The translations under genes and the position numbers were made by a program. The notes beneath the pieces were generated by a model. The model made no database searches, was not told where the DNA came from, and saw only the letters and a program-made list of their open reading frames with translations. A DNA stretch of 64,000 bases from Camelus ferus (taxonomy: Eukaryota): NCBI RefSeq assembly GCF_009834535.1, contig NC_045697.1:89530001-89594000 (forward strand), written 5' to 3'. This document shows positions 1-13,908 of the stretch, one piece after another (position 1 is the first letter of the stretch; the number at the start of each line of letters is the position of its first letter).

Positions 1-1747
1 AGGCATAATTTTTTTAACAGATTAAAATTGGGTAGTTGTTATAATCTCCCTTAAATTTAATTCAGAAGAACTAAAGTTGGTTCATTTGGGGCTCCTCTGT
101 ACCCCCTAAGTCTTGCTGTCAATCCAAACTCTCTTGTTTTAGATTTGCTCTTACCCATTTGCACATTATTTATATTTTGTTCTCAGGATTAGCACAGTGT
201 TTTACAGACAGAAGGCTCTCTACAAATATATGGGAAAGAATAGATGGTACACCAACAAAAGAAAAACCTCTCACAGAACCATAACCTACCAAAGTGATGT
301 TCTTACATTTTATACGCCTTGTAAGACAAACCTGTAATTTTCATGTGAATAATACTGTGTTACTGCAACAAATTATCTGGTTATTTTATTATCAGTTGAC
401 TTGATTTCAGATGCATAAAATCTTCTAGTTCTCACTGGAGAAGAGAGAAATAAATAGAAACAAATACTGTAACATTTATTGTCAAAGTATTTATTGAGTA
501 CTTGTCTGTAAAGCACTGAGGAAGTGGTTGCTATGATTCTTGTGCTCTGTAAACCTGTAATCTAGTGCAGGAGTAAATACAGAATTGGTGGTTTATTATG
601 CACCTTTGGAATTTGTATGAGAACAAACTTTAATTACACAGTTTAATAATATGTTTCCCTGTTTACTCAGGAACATTCCTTTTAAAACAACAATGGTGTC
701 CTTATCCAAACAATGATTCTTAGTCACGATGGTGACCTTGAGTATTCATACCTGGCACCATTAACCAAATGAATTAAAGGAAGGACAAGGGAGGTCAAAT
801 CAGGCAGTATTTGAGTTAACTCTTTCTAGCCTAGTCCACAGTATAGATGGAGGCTTTCTGTGGTCTCCAAAATACACAGATGAAGCAGTTCAAAGTGTGA
901 AATTGTCACACGTGTGTAGTTTACAGGTAAACATAAATTTCTTACTGATGGCCTTTATATCTATAGTGTTTAACCAGGACTGAGTGTAAATGAGGGAAAG
1001 CAATTTATAGTTTTCTGTTTCTCCTAATTTCATTATAATCTTCCTCTGAAACCTGATGTTCTATTTTATGAATTAAAAACATTTACTGTCAGTAAACTGA
1101 CTGTCAGGTTGTAAGAGTGATAGAGGGAAAAATTGCATATAAGTTATATAAATTTAAGAAATATGTCATAAAGATAGTTTTCCTTGGCTTCTAGACCTAC
1201 ACATATCATACATTTCCCCTAAAATTAGGGAAACTGGGTGGGGGAGCTGTTCTTTTCACAACTCAATTTTACCAAAGCAGGGTAGAACTGAATCTAATTC
1301 AAAAGGCCTCATCTATCATGTAGAATTTTGTTCCCTTTCAAAATTTAACTATATAAATGCTGAATTTTATATCATCATAAGGAATAAATCGGAGATTCTG
1401 AATGGAGAAAAGGAATGAGGAAAAAGGAGATGTAGAAAAAGAGGGGATGTTTCCTCTTCACTGCATCTCTCTTGCTTCAGCATATTTTATCTTACTCTCT
1501 AAGCACTGATTGTACAAAATCCTCTTTTGTGCTCTTTCTTTGAGTTCTTGGTTTTTCTCCCCTTTTTTTTCTGCCTGTTGCACCTTTATTAGAATATAAG
1601 CAAAATAAAGTAAAATTCACATCACCTAAATTCATGATTTGTTAGCTGCTGTATTAAATGATTTAACACAATATTTGAGAACATTTGAGTAAAGTAACGT
1701 TAGCCAAGTCTAACCTAGAGCCTAGTGTTGAGACTAAGAACAAAGGA

Positions 1748-2583
1748 ATTCACAGAACTAGAACAAATAATTTCAAAATTTGTAAGGGAACACAAAAGCC
1801 AAAACAATCTTGAGAAAGAAGGATGGAGCTAGAGGAATTGGGCTCCCTGACTTCAGACTATAGAGCTACAGAAACCAAGACAGTGTGGTACCGGCACAAA
1901 ACCAGGCACAGATCAATGGAACAGAACAGAGAGCCCAGAAATAAACCCACACACTTGGGGTAAGTTAATCTACAACTAAGGAGGCAAGAATATATGATGG
2001 GAAAAGACAGTCTCTTCAATAAGTGGTGCTGGGAAAACTGGACAGCTACTTATAAAAGAATGAAATTAGAACATTCTCTAAATCCATATACAAAAATAAG
2101 CTCAAAATGGATTAAATACCTAAATGTAAGACTGGATACCATAAAATTCCTAGGAGAAAACATAGGTAGAACGCTCTTTGACATAAATCACAGCAAAGCT
2201 TGTTTGGAGCTATCTCCTAAAGCAAAGGAAACAAAAGCAAAAATAAATAAATGGGACCTAATTAATCTTAAAAACTTCTTCTGCACAGCTAAGGAACCCA
2301 TCAACAAAACAAAAAGACAACCTACTGAATGCTAGAAACTATTTGCAAAATGATATGACAATTTGGGATTGATATCCAACATATGTAAACAGATCATAAA
2401 CTCAACATAAAAAACAGCCCAATAAAAAAGTGGGCAGGACAGAATTGACATTTTTTTAAAGAGGAAATGAAGATGGTCAACAGGCACATGAAAAGATGCT
2501 GAACATCACTAATAATCAGGGAAATGCAAACAGAAGCCACAGTGAGATATCATCTCACACCTGTTAGAATGGCTATCATTAAA

Positions 2584-2628
<45 letters not shown>

Positions 2629-3405
2629 AAGATGTGGAGGAAAGGGAACCCTTTTACATGGTTGGGAGGAATGTAAATTGGTGCATCCACTGTGGAAACT
2701 AGTATGGAGTTTCCACTAAAAACAGAATTATTATGTGACCCAACAATTCCACTCCTGGGTATATACCTGAAAAAAACAAAAACATTGATTTGAAAAGATA
2801 CATGCACCTCAGTATTCATTGCAGCACTATTTACAGTTGGCCAAGGTACAGAAGCAACCTAAGTGTCCATCAATAGATGAATGGAAAAAGATGTGCTGTG
2901 TATGTATATATATAATGGAATACTACTCAGCCATAAAGAATAATGAAATTTTGTCATTTGCAGCAACGTGGACAGACTTGGCCATTATACTAAGTGAAAT
3001 AAATCAGAAAAAAGTAAATACTGTATTATTCTCATTTATATGTGGAATCTAAAATATATGACAAACTAGTGAAGATAATTAAAAAGAAGCAGTCACAGAT
3101 ATATAGAAGAAACCTTGTGGTTTCCAGTGGTGAGAGCAGAGGGTGGGGAAAACATAAGGTAGGGGATTAAGAGGTACAAAATATTAAGTATGCAATAAGC
3201 TACAAGGATATATTATATAACTTAGAGAATCTTAGAGAATATGGCTAATATTTTATCATAACTATAAGTGAAGTAGAAACTTTAAAAATTGTGATTTACT
3301 ACATTATACACCTGGGACTTATTTAATATTGTACATCAACTATACTTGAAACAAACAAATAAATCAAATCCTGTGTGGTGACGAGTCAAAAAAGTAAGAA
3401 ATAAA
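1748..3405 (+). mobile_element. 5'-truncated LINE-1 (ORF2 C-terminal remnant + 3' UTR) inserted into a MIR
   Basis: ORF 1994-2335 ([11 protein letters not shown]...KINKWDLI) is L1 ORF2. The 3' UTR is followed by an A-rich tail. TSD aagaacaaagga (1736-1747) / aacaacaaagga (3406-3417), 11/12 match. Confidence 0.95.
2588..2625. repeat. (TA)n microsatellite inside the L1
   Basis: Directly visible. Confidence 0.95.
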
Positions 3406-3417
3406 AACAACAAAGGA

Positions 3418-3640
3418 CTGTGGAATCACTCAGACTTGAATCTGAATCCTGACTTGACAGCTTCTTGCATTAAAGACTTGGGAAGTCTGCTTATCTTCCC
3501 CAAATCTCCATTTCTTCTCTTGGACAAGGACAGCAACATTTGCTGAATTGTGCCATCAATGTGGGGATCTCAACAGGTGTCATGTATGCAGAAAGTCCTT
3601 AGTATATGACCAAATGAATACCTAGTGACTCATAATTTTT
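3418..3640 (+). mobile_element. MIR SINE remnant; its 5' part lies at ~1720-1747, before the L1
   Basis: Degenerate match to the MIR core (gaatctgaatcctgact...gacttgggaagtctgcttatcttc...ccatttcttc), collinear with gcctagtg...aagaacaaagga upstream of the L1. Confidence 0.65.
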
Positions 3641-6600
3641 ACAACTTGCATTATCTATTATTTTGCACCTTGTTATACAATGAGTTGAAAGTGCATAATG
3701 TGCAGATGGACTCATGCACACATTTTTAAGATAATGCAAGATTTCTCCTTGAATATTTTCAGTTTAAGCTGGACTCATTGGCTATAAACACCAAGAGCCC
3801 TGTTTTACGCTGGGAAGTAGAGCATGCCTGCCAATATAAAGTTTTCATGGAAAAAACTAAATATTTTAGAATGTGATCTTCAGCAACTGCACACAGAGAT
3901 ACTAATTCCTTCTCATAACAGTCATCATTCTGGTTGCTGCTTTTGATCTTGCTTCTTGCCTTAGAACTCAAACTGACTTTCTCTTTGTGTTCATTTCAGT
4001 TTGACTTTGTCTACACAGTTTTTATTTCCTGTTTTATTTGATCTGAGACCCTGGACCCTGGCTTAGATTTCTCCCTGAGTGTGACCACAGCCCCTTGGTC
4101 TACACAAAAAGGCAAATTGGTATTTGTCGTCCTACTGTTAGCCCCATCTGTTACATTCCACCTGGTAAATCTGGTTTCCAGATTTGGACCCTGATAGTTC
4201 ATCTTGCTGCAGCCCAGTGACTTAACACGAGTTTACTCCAGTATATGCACACATTCCACATGCATGTGTGTGTCTATGTCACCACAGGTTAAAATGGAAT
4301 TTTGTCAAATGGCACACTGTGACAATTTACTCCACTATGCCTTCCTGGTCCTAATATTGATTTTAAAAGTAAGGATGTCTATCTTCATCAGAGTTATAGA
4401 TGGAGAAAACACCTTTAATATTTTAAGGGCTATACAATAACCAGTCTAGCACATTGATAAACTGTTACTATTTAGGAAATGGGATAATCTGCTATTTGTT
4501 TTGATGTCTCCACCAAGGAAATTAACCGTCATTCAGACTATATATAGTATATCAGCTGTTATATTCAGCCACAGTTCAGTTTGAAGAAAGAACTCTAAAA
4601 TAGAGATTAGTGTTAAATCATAAAATCTTAGGTAGGAAGTAGGCTGGAGATAATAATTGGCAGATAAAGATTCACTCCATAGGAGGTTAGCTGATTTTGT
4701 CCAGATCAATCACATATTAAGTATTAAATCACTGTCTCATATTCAGTCCTTCTCAATCCTAGTCTGGAAGTCTTAATCTCTCATGTGTTCACTCAAATGG
4801 AACAGATGAGTAATGTATCTTGTTTTCTGTGATTTTGGTGATGGATGGTAAGTAGCATATTTTTATAGGGAACACAAAGTCTAAATTTAAAGGCTTGTTT
4901 TTTGTTTGTTTGTTAGAGCTGATCTGTGTCCAGACTGGTCCTGTTTTGTTTTTAAGTGTTTAGATTATGCAAACTATGTATAAATAAACGCCTACAAAAT
5001 AATGTGAGCTTTAATTTTAAAGAAATTGCAATTATAACCCAATAATCTTCTGAAATTTTGCTTTTTTAAAAAAAAATTGCTTACCAGATTGACACAGTAT
5101 GAACCAGTAATTTAGTGACTGTCTCAACAAAAGAATAAAGTTAACTAATTTGCAAACACTCAAGGAGGAGACTGTGCATGGAATTGAATGAATTACCAAG
5201 GTTTGGCCAAGTCCTTAACTGAACCTTCAAGAAGTCCATGCAACAAATGGTTTCACCCAGACCGTCCAGCTAACTAATGATAACTAGAGAAGTAAAGCAC
5301 CTGTGGCACAGGGCCTCGCGCATCTGAAACTTCCCGGTATTCCAGCTGGAATTCATTGCTGGCAGGTTCCCCTTTTGGTGTCCCTTACTTCCTGCTGGAA
5401 GCTTAACCCCACTTGTTGGCATTTACTCTGGAGCTGAAATTTCTCTCCAGAGTTTACTTCCCTTAATTCTGGGTTTTGTTTAGATCTGACTCACCATTCT
5501 GTACACAGTGACAGCCTCCCCTTCTTCATGCAGTCATGTAACCAGATGGAATCTGTTTTCCAGACATTCTCACTGATCTGGAATTCAAAGAACAGACATC
5601 AGCCCCCCCCCCCCCCAAAAAAAAGCAAGCCCCCTGAGCCCTCACCACCTTCCCTTGCTCTCATCGTCAGCTACTTTGGCTGATGTTTCTGGGATTGATC
5701 CCAATAAAGAGAACCTATCCAGGGGCACAGAATCTGGTCAGCAGATGGGGGCATGCTTCCATCTCAGATGAAAATCACTTAGCACTTTTTCTCTTCTGTT
5801 CTTCCCACAGCCTTCTCTCTTTTTTTCAGATCAACTGTACCTTCTCTTTTGCACCTTTGTTAAGATAAAATGTATGATATGTATAGACACAAGGAGAAGC
5901 ACAGAAATATTAAAGAGTGGGCAATACTCTGCCCAAAATACCACTCTCAGTGTTTTGAGAGGAGACACACACACACACACACGCACACCCCACCCCCCCC
6001 CCCCGGAAACACAAGTATAGCTGAAGACTTCCAGTGTGCTGGCTACTGTGTGTAGTGCTGTAAGTAGATTTTACCAAACATAAATTTCCTACTGGCTAAG
6101 TGTTAGAGACATTTTATTCACATTTCTATTACATAGAGTTAACTCACCTTGAGCCAGTTTAAAAAGATTTTATTTACCAAATGTCATTTATGTATAGACA
6201 TGCTTGTTGAGTATAATTTTGACTTCTGTTGCTTTATCATGTGTATTTGTCATATCTGTATGACAGAAAAACTTATAATTCATCCTTAGTGTTATTTCTC
6301 TATGAAAACAATCATAGTTAAGTGTGCTCGGACATGCATTTAACAAAATAGTAACTCATTATCTGTATGTTTCACGTTATACCTCTATGTCCCACAGCTA
6401 AAGTACTTGCTGCTTCCAATTTACTCTGAGTGGTGATTTCTGGAGAGAGTGAAATAATGTCTATTTCCAACTAAATGTTTATTATTTAAAGAATCTAATG
6501 TTTTTGGTTGCCCTCTCTTAAAACTGCAGGAAAAAAAAAATAATGTGTAAGATTGCACAATGACTCAAACATTTGGAAATGTTCCAAATCCAGGTGAACT

Positions 6601-8265
6601 TCAATCATTTTCTTCATAATCCAAAACAGATTACATTGGCACATATGAAATATGATGTACAGTTAAGTATAAAAGAGGTAGAAATATACAGAAATCATTA
6701 TGATTTAATACATAAATTTTTAATAGTATTCTACATATCATTTCTATTTCAACATAAAAAAATTTTTGCAATATATTATTTTAAAAAATGAAAATCACCA
6801 GAATACAGACAAACAATAAATCTGTCCATCTTGAGTCTGTTAACCTGGCAGTCGAGGGAACACTGACAAAGAAGAAATTCTTTAAGGCAAAATAATCAAA
6901 GGTTTTTAAGTGCCAGAAATGGGAAGGGAGTTTCATGGTGGTTATGCTAATTCAGAATTGAAAACAAGTTCTCTGGATAATATGAAATGTGTCCATCAGT
7001 ACATATATAGTCAATTGAAAGTACCACTTTTCAGCAATTAGAAAAATGTCTTCAGTCACTTCCAGCAGAGGTCTGGCAACTGAGTTACTTGAACTTCATG
7101 GCTCTTGATAACCTTCAGATGACTAGCCAGTTGTGGGGAAACACTGTATCTGGGTTTAGTATCTTCTATATGAATATGACTGTAAGAAAAGTTGTCTTTC
7201 ATAATATGCATTTTCATTTTTTAACATCTTAGGATACTCAAAATACTACTATTAATATTTATATATATATATAAAAGACAAAAAGATGCTAAAGATACAA
7301 AACAGTAAATTTTACAAAGGGATGTATTACAAAGAAAAAATAACACGGACAATATATTATTCTTTCTGTTACCATTGTTGATGCATTTGTAGTTATTGTT
7401 ACTATTCTTATATCTGAAAACGAAATAGAAATACAATCTTATTCTAAAGAGTGGTAGTCTTAAATTAATTTTTTAAAGTTCTAAATCTAAAATGCACCAG
7501 AGAAGAAACTGTGCAGCCTCTGGTATTCCTTGTGGAATGGGATAACAGTTAAGAAAATGCGCCTGTGTAAAACACTGATGATTTACAGAACGTAAAGATG
7601 GGGGTACAACTTCAGAATTACACTTTCAGTGTGGTGAATGAAAATTAACACTGCATCTATATGGATATAGTTTTCCAGCTATTATTCTTAATAGGTTCTT
7701 CTTCTCCACAAACATCTACTGATGTTCTCTGTTTCTGTAATATTTACTTCTTTTAAAACACATTTGCTTTTCCTTCATCATTTTCTCCTTAGCCACTAAG
7801 ACTATGGTTCCTATATCTGCAGACAGAAGGAAGGGAAGCAACTTAGGGATGAACATTCTCAAAGCTTAGTATTAATTAGCTCAAGTTAGAGATTTGCAAT
7901 TCATGGGGGACTTAGCACTACCTTTGTTCACATATGGAGCCCACCCCATGTAAAAAACACTAGTGATATCAAAGGATTCTCTGTCACATACAATTAATAT
8001 CAAATCAAGATATAATTAAAATGATGTATAGCTGTCATCTCTTTCCAAAAGTCTAGCTTTATTCAGCTAGTTATAAGTTATTGTTGTGTTTTAAACTTAA
8101 TTCAGACTCTTTCCACTATCAGGAGCTTTTCCTGTCTGTGTCTAACAAAACTAAACAAACAACTCTGGAGGCTATGTAATTGGTCTCTTTAACTTTGCTA
8201 AATTAAAAAGAAAAGGGTCTCTGTTTCAGTCAGTTGGAGCGTTTTCCTCTTCAACAGACAAATCA

Positions 8266-8920
8266 GCCTGTTGGCCATTTATACATCTTCTTTGGAAAAC
8301 TGTCTGTTCAGATCCTCTGCCCATTTTTCTATTGGAATTTGTTTTTTGAAATTGAATTGTGTAAGTTCTTTATGTATTTTGAATGGTAACCTTTACAGAT
8401 CTTTTCATTTCCAAATATCTTCTCCCATCCAATAGGCTACCTTTTCATTTTGTTGATGTTTTCCTTCACTATGCAAAAGGGTTTTGTTTTTTGTTTTGTT
8501 TTGTTTTGTTTTTAGTTTGATGTAGTCATATTTCTTTATTTTTGCTTTTGTTGCCCTTGCCTGTGATCCAAAGAATATTGCTAAGATGTCAAAGAACTGA
8601 CTGCCTCAGTTTTCTTCCAGGAGTTTTATGGTTTCAGGGCTTACATTTAAGTCTTTAATCCATTTTGAGTTATTTTTGTATATGGTGTAAGAGACATCTA
8701 GTTTCATTCTTTTGCATGCAGCTGTCCAGCTTTCTCAACATCATTTAATGAAGAGACTGTCCTTTCTTCATCCCTTTCTTCATCGTATGTTCTTGCCTAC
8801 TTTGTTACAGATTACTTGACCAAAACATGTGAGTTTATTTATGGACTGTCTATTCTGTTCCATTGATCTATGTATCTGTTTTGAGCCAGTACCATCCTGT
8901 TTTGATTCTATCATTTTGAA
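8266..8920 (-). mobile_element. LINE-1 ORF2 3' fragment
   Basis: Typical antisense L1 text: ctgttggccatttatacatcttctttggaaaactgtctgttcagatcctctgccc ... ctgttccattgatctatg ... ccagtaccatcctgttttgat. Confidence 0.9.
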
Positions 8921-9039
8921 GTATTCTATATATGTAGCCCAAAGTTACCATCTTATAGTTTCTGACTATGGTTTCCTCTGTTACAGTTTTGTCCAAACTA
9001 TTCTCATTACATCTAGATTTCTAACACTGGAATATTCTC

Positions 9040-9450
9040 CAGTGTGTTTCTCTCCCTCTTAAAAGTATAGTGCCCAGAACAGAATCCAGCATTTGAATGT
9101 GTTCTGACAAATGAAAGGTAGGACAAGAATATCATCTTTCCTATTCTCTAAGCTAGAATTCTACCACTGTATCATACAGCTTATTCATATTAAGTTTATT
9201 GTAAACTAAAACTTCTATATGTTGTTACTAAATCAACATCTGCTCATGTGTCTGTCATTCTCTCCTCTCTTAAAAAGATTTGGGGTTTTTTAAACCAAAA
9301 TTCAGTTTTATCTTGTAACATTTGTTCCATTACCCCAGGCTATCAAACATCTTAAGAAGCATACTATTTCTCCATTAAGTCCATCTACAATGTTATTATT
9401 AAATACCTTAATAAATGCTTTAAAGAAACCCAGATATATTATAAGCTCTG
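9040..9450 (-). mobile_element. CR1/L3 LINE remnant
   Basis: tccctcttaaaagtatagtgcccagaacagaat... and aaatgctttaaagaaacccagatata resemble the antisense CR1/L3 RT consensus. Confidence 0.6.
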
Positions 9451-10883
9451 CATTTGATATACTATAACTTTTTTTTAAGTCTACCACATTGAGGGCTGAT
9501 TTTTACTACTCCTTGCAGGATTTAGCAAAATGAGTCTTTAATAGTTCACTATTCATGGAGTAAACATTGAGATTAGCATCCTGTAGATGCACTATCCCTT
9601 AATAAATGTGAATGTCTGCTTGGCCATTCCTCTCCCTTTCACTTTAAAGTCTCTTCAGGGTTTTCTAGAAATTTCTAATAACTGAAAAATTGTTCTTGCA
9701 AAGTCACTGTGTTAAAATTGTCCCCTTTAGGTAAAACATATTTTTGGAAGCTAAGTATAATAATGACACAATAGTTTTACAGCACAATAAAATAGCATAT
9801 TACATAAAACATTGATACATGTAAATTTCCTTTTACTCTATTTTGTACTTGTATGTAAATACTTGCCTTCATTCCTTCTTACTTAAATTCAGATGAAGAT
9901 TATTATTCATCTTTTAGTAGAAAAACTACAATTTTTTAAAAAATAAGACTATAAATCAGCTGCAGGACACAAAAGTATTTGATTTCCTACTATAGAATTT
10001 TTCTTTACTCTTTTACCTTCTCTTTCACTCAACTCACTTGTAGAAAAACATTCCCAGATGAAATGAAACAACTGTACTTTGTTTTCCTGCTCTTAAATTT
10101 TTTTTCCCTACATATTTCTTTTCACACATGATTGATAGGAAGAGAATGGAGAATAACATGTGAGCTTCTGTGATTGTATTTGCAAAGAACACTGAGTTAT
10201 TTTCTATTTTTTTCCTTGAAAAATGATAAACTTCTCTCCTCTCAGCTGGTTTTCTCCTTGCTAGGAATTCCAATACGTTAAACCACAGTCTTTTTTATAT
10301 TTCTATCTATAAACTTGTAAATTTTACATACATTTGTCTCTGATATAACTGCTCTTTCAAGGAAGTTGACTTTTGCCAAAGAAACATCCATAGACTACTT
10401 CATAGAATATAAATCTTTTTACCAGGGAACACACTCATATATGACTTAATTCTTCTCCATTCTATACCTTATACAATTTGCTTGATTTTTATGGCAAATA
10501 CTCATTTATGTATGATTTACTTGTTAGTCACCTCACACCAATTCCCTACCTAGGCAATTATGAGCTATTAAGTGAAACAGATCTATGTTGACTGGGTTCA
10601 TCGGCAACCTCCCTCCCCAGTATACAGCTTTTTAGCTTGTGTTTTTCCCTGAGTATCTGTGCACACCAAAACCTTAGTAGGTAACATACTTAATATCCCA
10701 AATTAGCTCAGTTGCCAGGACCAACCTGCATCTTGGCATCTTCCTCCCAAATTAGAACACAAAATCTATGTTATTAACCTCTTTATCAATTCCAAAGCAT
10801 GTGTGCAGTAACAGCCCTCTTGTCGTGTTATCCACTTCACTTTCTGTAAGTATTCAAGTATATTTTCCAATACTATTGCTAAC

Positions 10884-11363
10884 TGTTGACTCACCCTAAA
10901 ATACCAAAAAAAACCCAAACCCAAAATTGCTATTGCTAAAGAAAAACTAAATTTATTAGACTTGCTAAAGTAAGGAAGAATATTACCTTGACAGATACTT
11001 ATGTGTCAAAATGGGGATTGGGGCAGAATACTTACAGGTATTGGGGTTTTAGGTTCTTGTCTGGAAGATTTTTAATTTAGATCATGTTAGGTGAGGAACT
11101 AATTGGAATTGTGCAGAGTTGATAACATAATAGCTCCAAATTGGGAGTCAGCGTGAGGTAAGGATTTTGAAGTGAGTCTTGCTGAGCAAGCTTGCAGTCT
11201 GGAAAATAAACTATATACTTGGGCCATCTCGCCTTTCAGGAACAGGCATTTTTTGAAGCAAATGGCTACATTATTTTCATTTAGTTCCAGCATTTTTTAA
11301 TCTATGGACAAAAACTATAGTCCTATTATTGCTTAGTATACTAGGTTGGTTTAAATTCTCAAT
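10884..11363 (-). mobile_element. Ancient solo LTR, LTR78/LTR79-like (ERV1)
   Basis: Starts tgttga. Contains aatttattagacttgctaaagtaaggaagaatattaccttgacaga, the antisense poly(A)-signal region recalled for this LTR group. About 480 bp long. Confidence 0.55.
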
Positions 11364-11426
11364 ATGTCCACTCCCAAAGCCATTTTAATGTCTATTCATT
11401 TTTCTTTGTGTTCTTTTCTGTATATA

Positions 11427-11556
11427 CAGTCATCTCTCTCCATCTGTGGGGGGATTGGTTCCAGGACCCCCTGTGGATACCAAAATCCAAGCAGTCAAGT
11501 CCTTTATATATACTGGTGTAGTATTTGCATATAACCAATTTGTATCCTCCCTTTAA
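11427..11556 (+). mobile_element. MER2-like TcMar-Tigger DNA transposon, left end only
   Basis: TA followed by cagtcatc...ggggattggttccaggacccc...ggataccaaaatcca...gtagtatttgcatataacc. Confidence 0.85.
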
Positions 11557-11729
11557 AAGAGTTATGTTAGGGAACTTTTAGAAACATGCAAGTAGAAATA
11601 ACAAAGAAATAATGTGTGTGTGTGTGTGTGTTTATTTGGGGTTTCCATTAAATTCTGATCAGAGGATATATGCATTTGTCAGTAATAACTTTGTATAACA
11701 AACTATAAATCTATAAACGTGAGTAAAAT

Positions 11730-11985
11730 CAGCTAGGTAAAGATATGTAATAGAAAGAGCCTTGTAGAATGTCCAACCTTAAGGGCCAGATAAGTTTGAG
11801 CCAGCAAAAAGTGGCATAGAAGGAGGTCCATAAATGTACTGATAAAACCAGAACATTATGTCCTGGAAGATAGAAAAAAGTATCAAGAATTGCATATTGT
11901 GAAAGGTTGCTGAAAATTAAGTATGGTGTTTGAAAACCAGAAGTGCCATTGGATTTAGAAATATGGAATCATCAGTGATTTTTCT
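11730..11985 (-). mobile_element. L2 LINE fragment
   Basis: gagccagcaaaaag...aaaaccagaac...gtgccattggatttagaaatatggaatcatcagtgattt matches antisense L2. Confidence 0.6.
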
Positions 11986-13119
11986 AATATACCAACCTTA
12001 AATTTGATTATTGTTGAAAAAGTAAATGTAGAGTCTGAAGGGAAGTCTTCTTTAAGTTACATCTAATAAAGATGCCATAATGTAGAAAATGAAATCATAA
12101 AAGGTAATTATATAAACCACAGTGCTGTTATTAGAGGTGGATATTGGTGTGACCATACGAGGCAGTATTTTTAGCTTTCGACTTCTGGCTGTTGAACATG
12201 AACTTCAGAAAATCATTTTGGTGCTCTCTTCTTGTGTTATTTCTTTTCTATCTCTTTGTAAATATACAGCCCCAAAATAATATAAGCTACATTTTCTCTG
12301 TTTGGAGATACTTTGAATACAAAATATCTGAAAATTCAATATTTGTGTCAGGATAATCAGCAGAGCTGAGTGGATTTGATTCTGAGGCAAGTCTTAGGAG
12401 GAAGGTTACTCTGCTGAGATTTAAGGAAAGAGAAGGGGTGAGAGTAAAATCTGGCTACCAGCTCTCTCTTCTGTAAAATTTCTCTCTGAGGACAAAGATA
12501 CATTGCAATCATAAGAAATTTGGAAAAACATAAGAGCCCTGGGAACTGTTTGGATTTAATGGGTTTTGTTTTGTTTTGTGTTTTGTTTGTTTTTATGGCA
12601 GCACCTTCCTTACCTACTACTTATGTAAGGAGTCCCTCAGCCTCACTACTCCTTTCAAACACCTTTGTGTTTGGACAAAAAGGCATCCTCATGTGTTACT
12701 GAAAATGCCTAATCATAAAGGAAGGAAAAATATTATTTACTCATTCCAGAATTTGGAAGCTATCTAAATCTAAACAATTTAAGGGTCTCCTTGATATGCT
12801 GTAATGTTTCATAATATTTTTAGCTTATAAGTTGTAGATTATTATAGCTTATGATAACGTGGCATAAGATTGGTAATGCATATGAGCTGAAGCCTTAGTA
12901 CTTAATACTTAAGCATGAAAGTATCAAATACTTCAATCCGTTTGTTTTGCCATGGTAACCTACAACATGGGAAATGTAGTATAGATTGCCAGTTTCAGTT
13001 TTATGGGAATTCTTTGAAATATGCTGACCCTTAGTTGTTAGGGATGTTAATTTTTGTAATTGCAGAGGAGATTATTTCCAAATGAGCACATACTACGGGA
13101 AGTGAATTAATATAATTTT

Positions 13120-13778
13120 AAAGTGGTGCATAAGGGGAATTTTATAGGATTGAATGCATATTTGGAAAAGAAGAAAGATATAAATCAATAATCTAAGATT
13201 CTCCCTTTGGAAACTAAAAAGAGAAGAGCAAATTAAAGCAAAAGAAAGGAAATAATAAAAATTAGAGCAGAAGTCAATGAAATTGAAAACAGGAAATCAC
13301 TAGAGAAAAACCAGTTAAACCAAAAGGTGGTTTTTTGAAAAGATTAATAAAATTAATAAGACTATAGTCAGACTTAGAAAAAAGAGAGAAAACACAAATT
13401 AATATCAGAAGTGAAAGAGGGTATCACTACATATCCCATGGATGTTGAAAAAACAGTGATGGAATAATAGTAAATAGCTCTATGCCCATGTGTTTGATAA
13501 CAAAGATGTAATGGAGAAATTCCTTGAAAAGACCCAACTTGCCAAAACTCATTAAAGAAGAAAGACAATCTGAATAGGCCTATATCCATTAAGGAAGTTG
13601 AATCAATAATTAACAACCTTCCAAACAGAAAGTCTCAGACCCAGATGGGTTCACTGGTGAATTTTACCAAAAATTTAAGAGCTAAATTATACCAATTCTC
13701 TACAATCTCTTCTAGATGACAGAATCAGAGGGACTGCTTCCTAACTCACTCTGAGTCCAGCATTACCCTGATACCAAG
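13120..13778 (+). mobile_element. Old L1M ORF2 internal fragment (between endonuclease and RT)
   Basis: agcagaagtcaatgaaattgaaaac...tttttgaaaagattaataaaatt...ccagatgggttcactggtgaattttacc...cagcattaccctgatacca. Confidence 0.9.
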
Positions 13779-13908
13779 TTTTCATACTGATGAGGAGAAA
13801 AAATTACCGCCATGATTCTAGCAGGGGAAGGGCACAGTAACCATTTGGAAATATATCAAAGTATTTTATTCTTCCTAACAAAGTTGCCTCTCAAGATAAA
13901 TATTTTTT

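Noticed and set aside
1994..2335. This and similar ORFs (44310, 51796, 58068, 62844) as genes
   Set aside because: They are frameshifted L1 ORF2 remnants.
13066..13101. 36-nt exon candidate (ttgcag|...GAA|gtgaat)
   Set aside because: Weak donor, short pyrimidine tract and unrecognised peptide.
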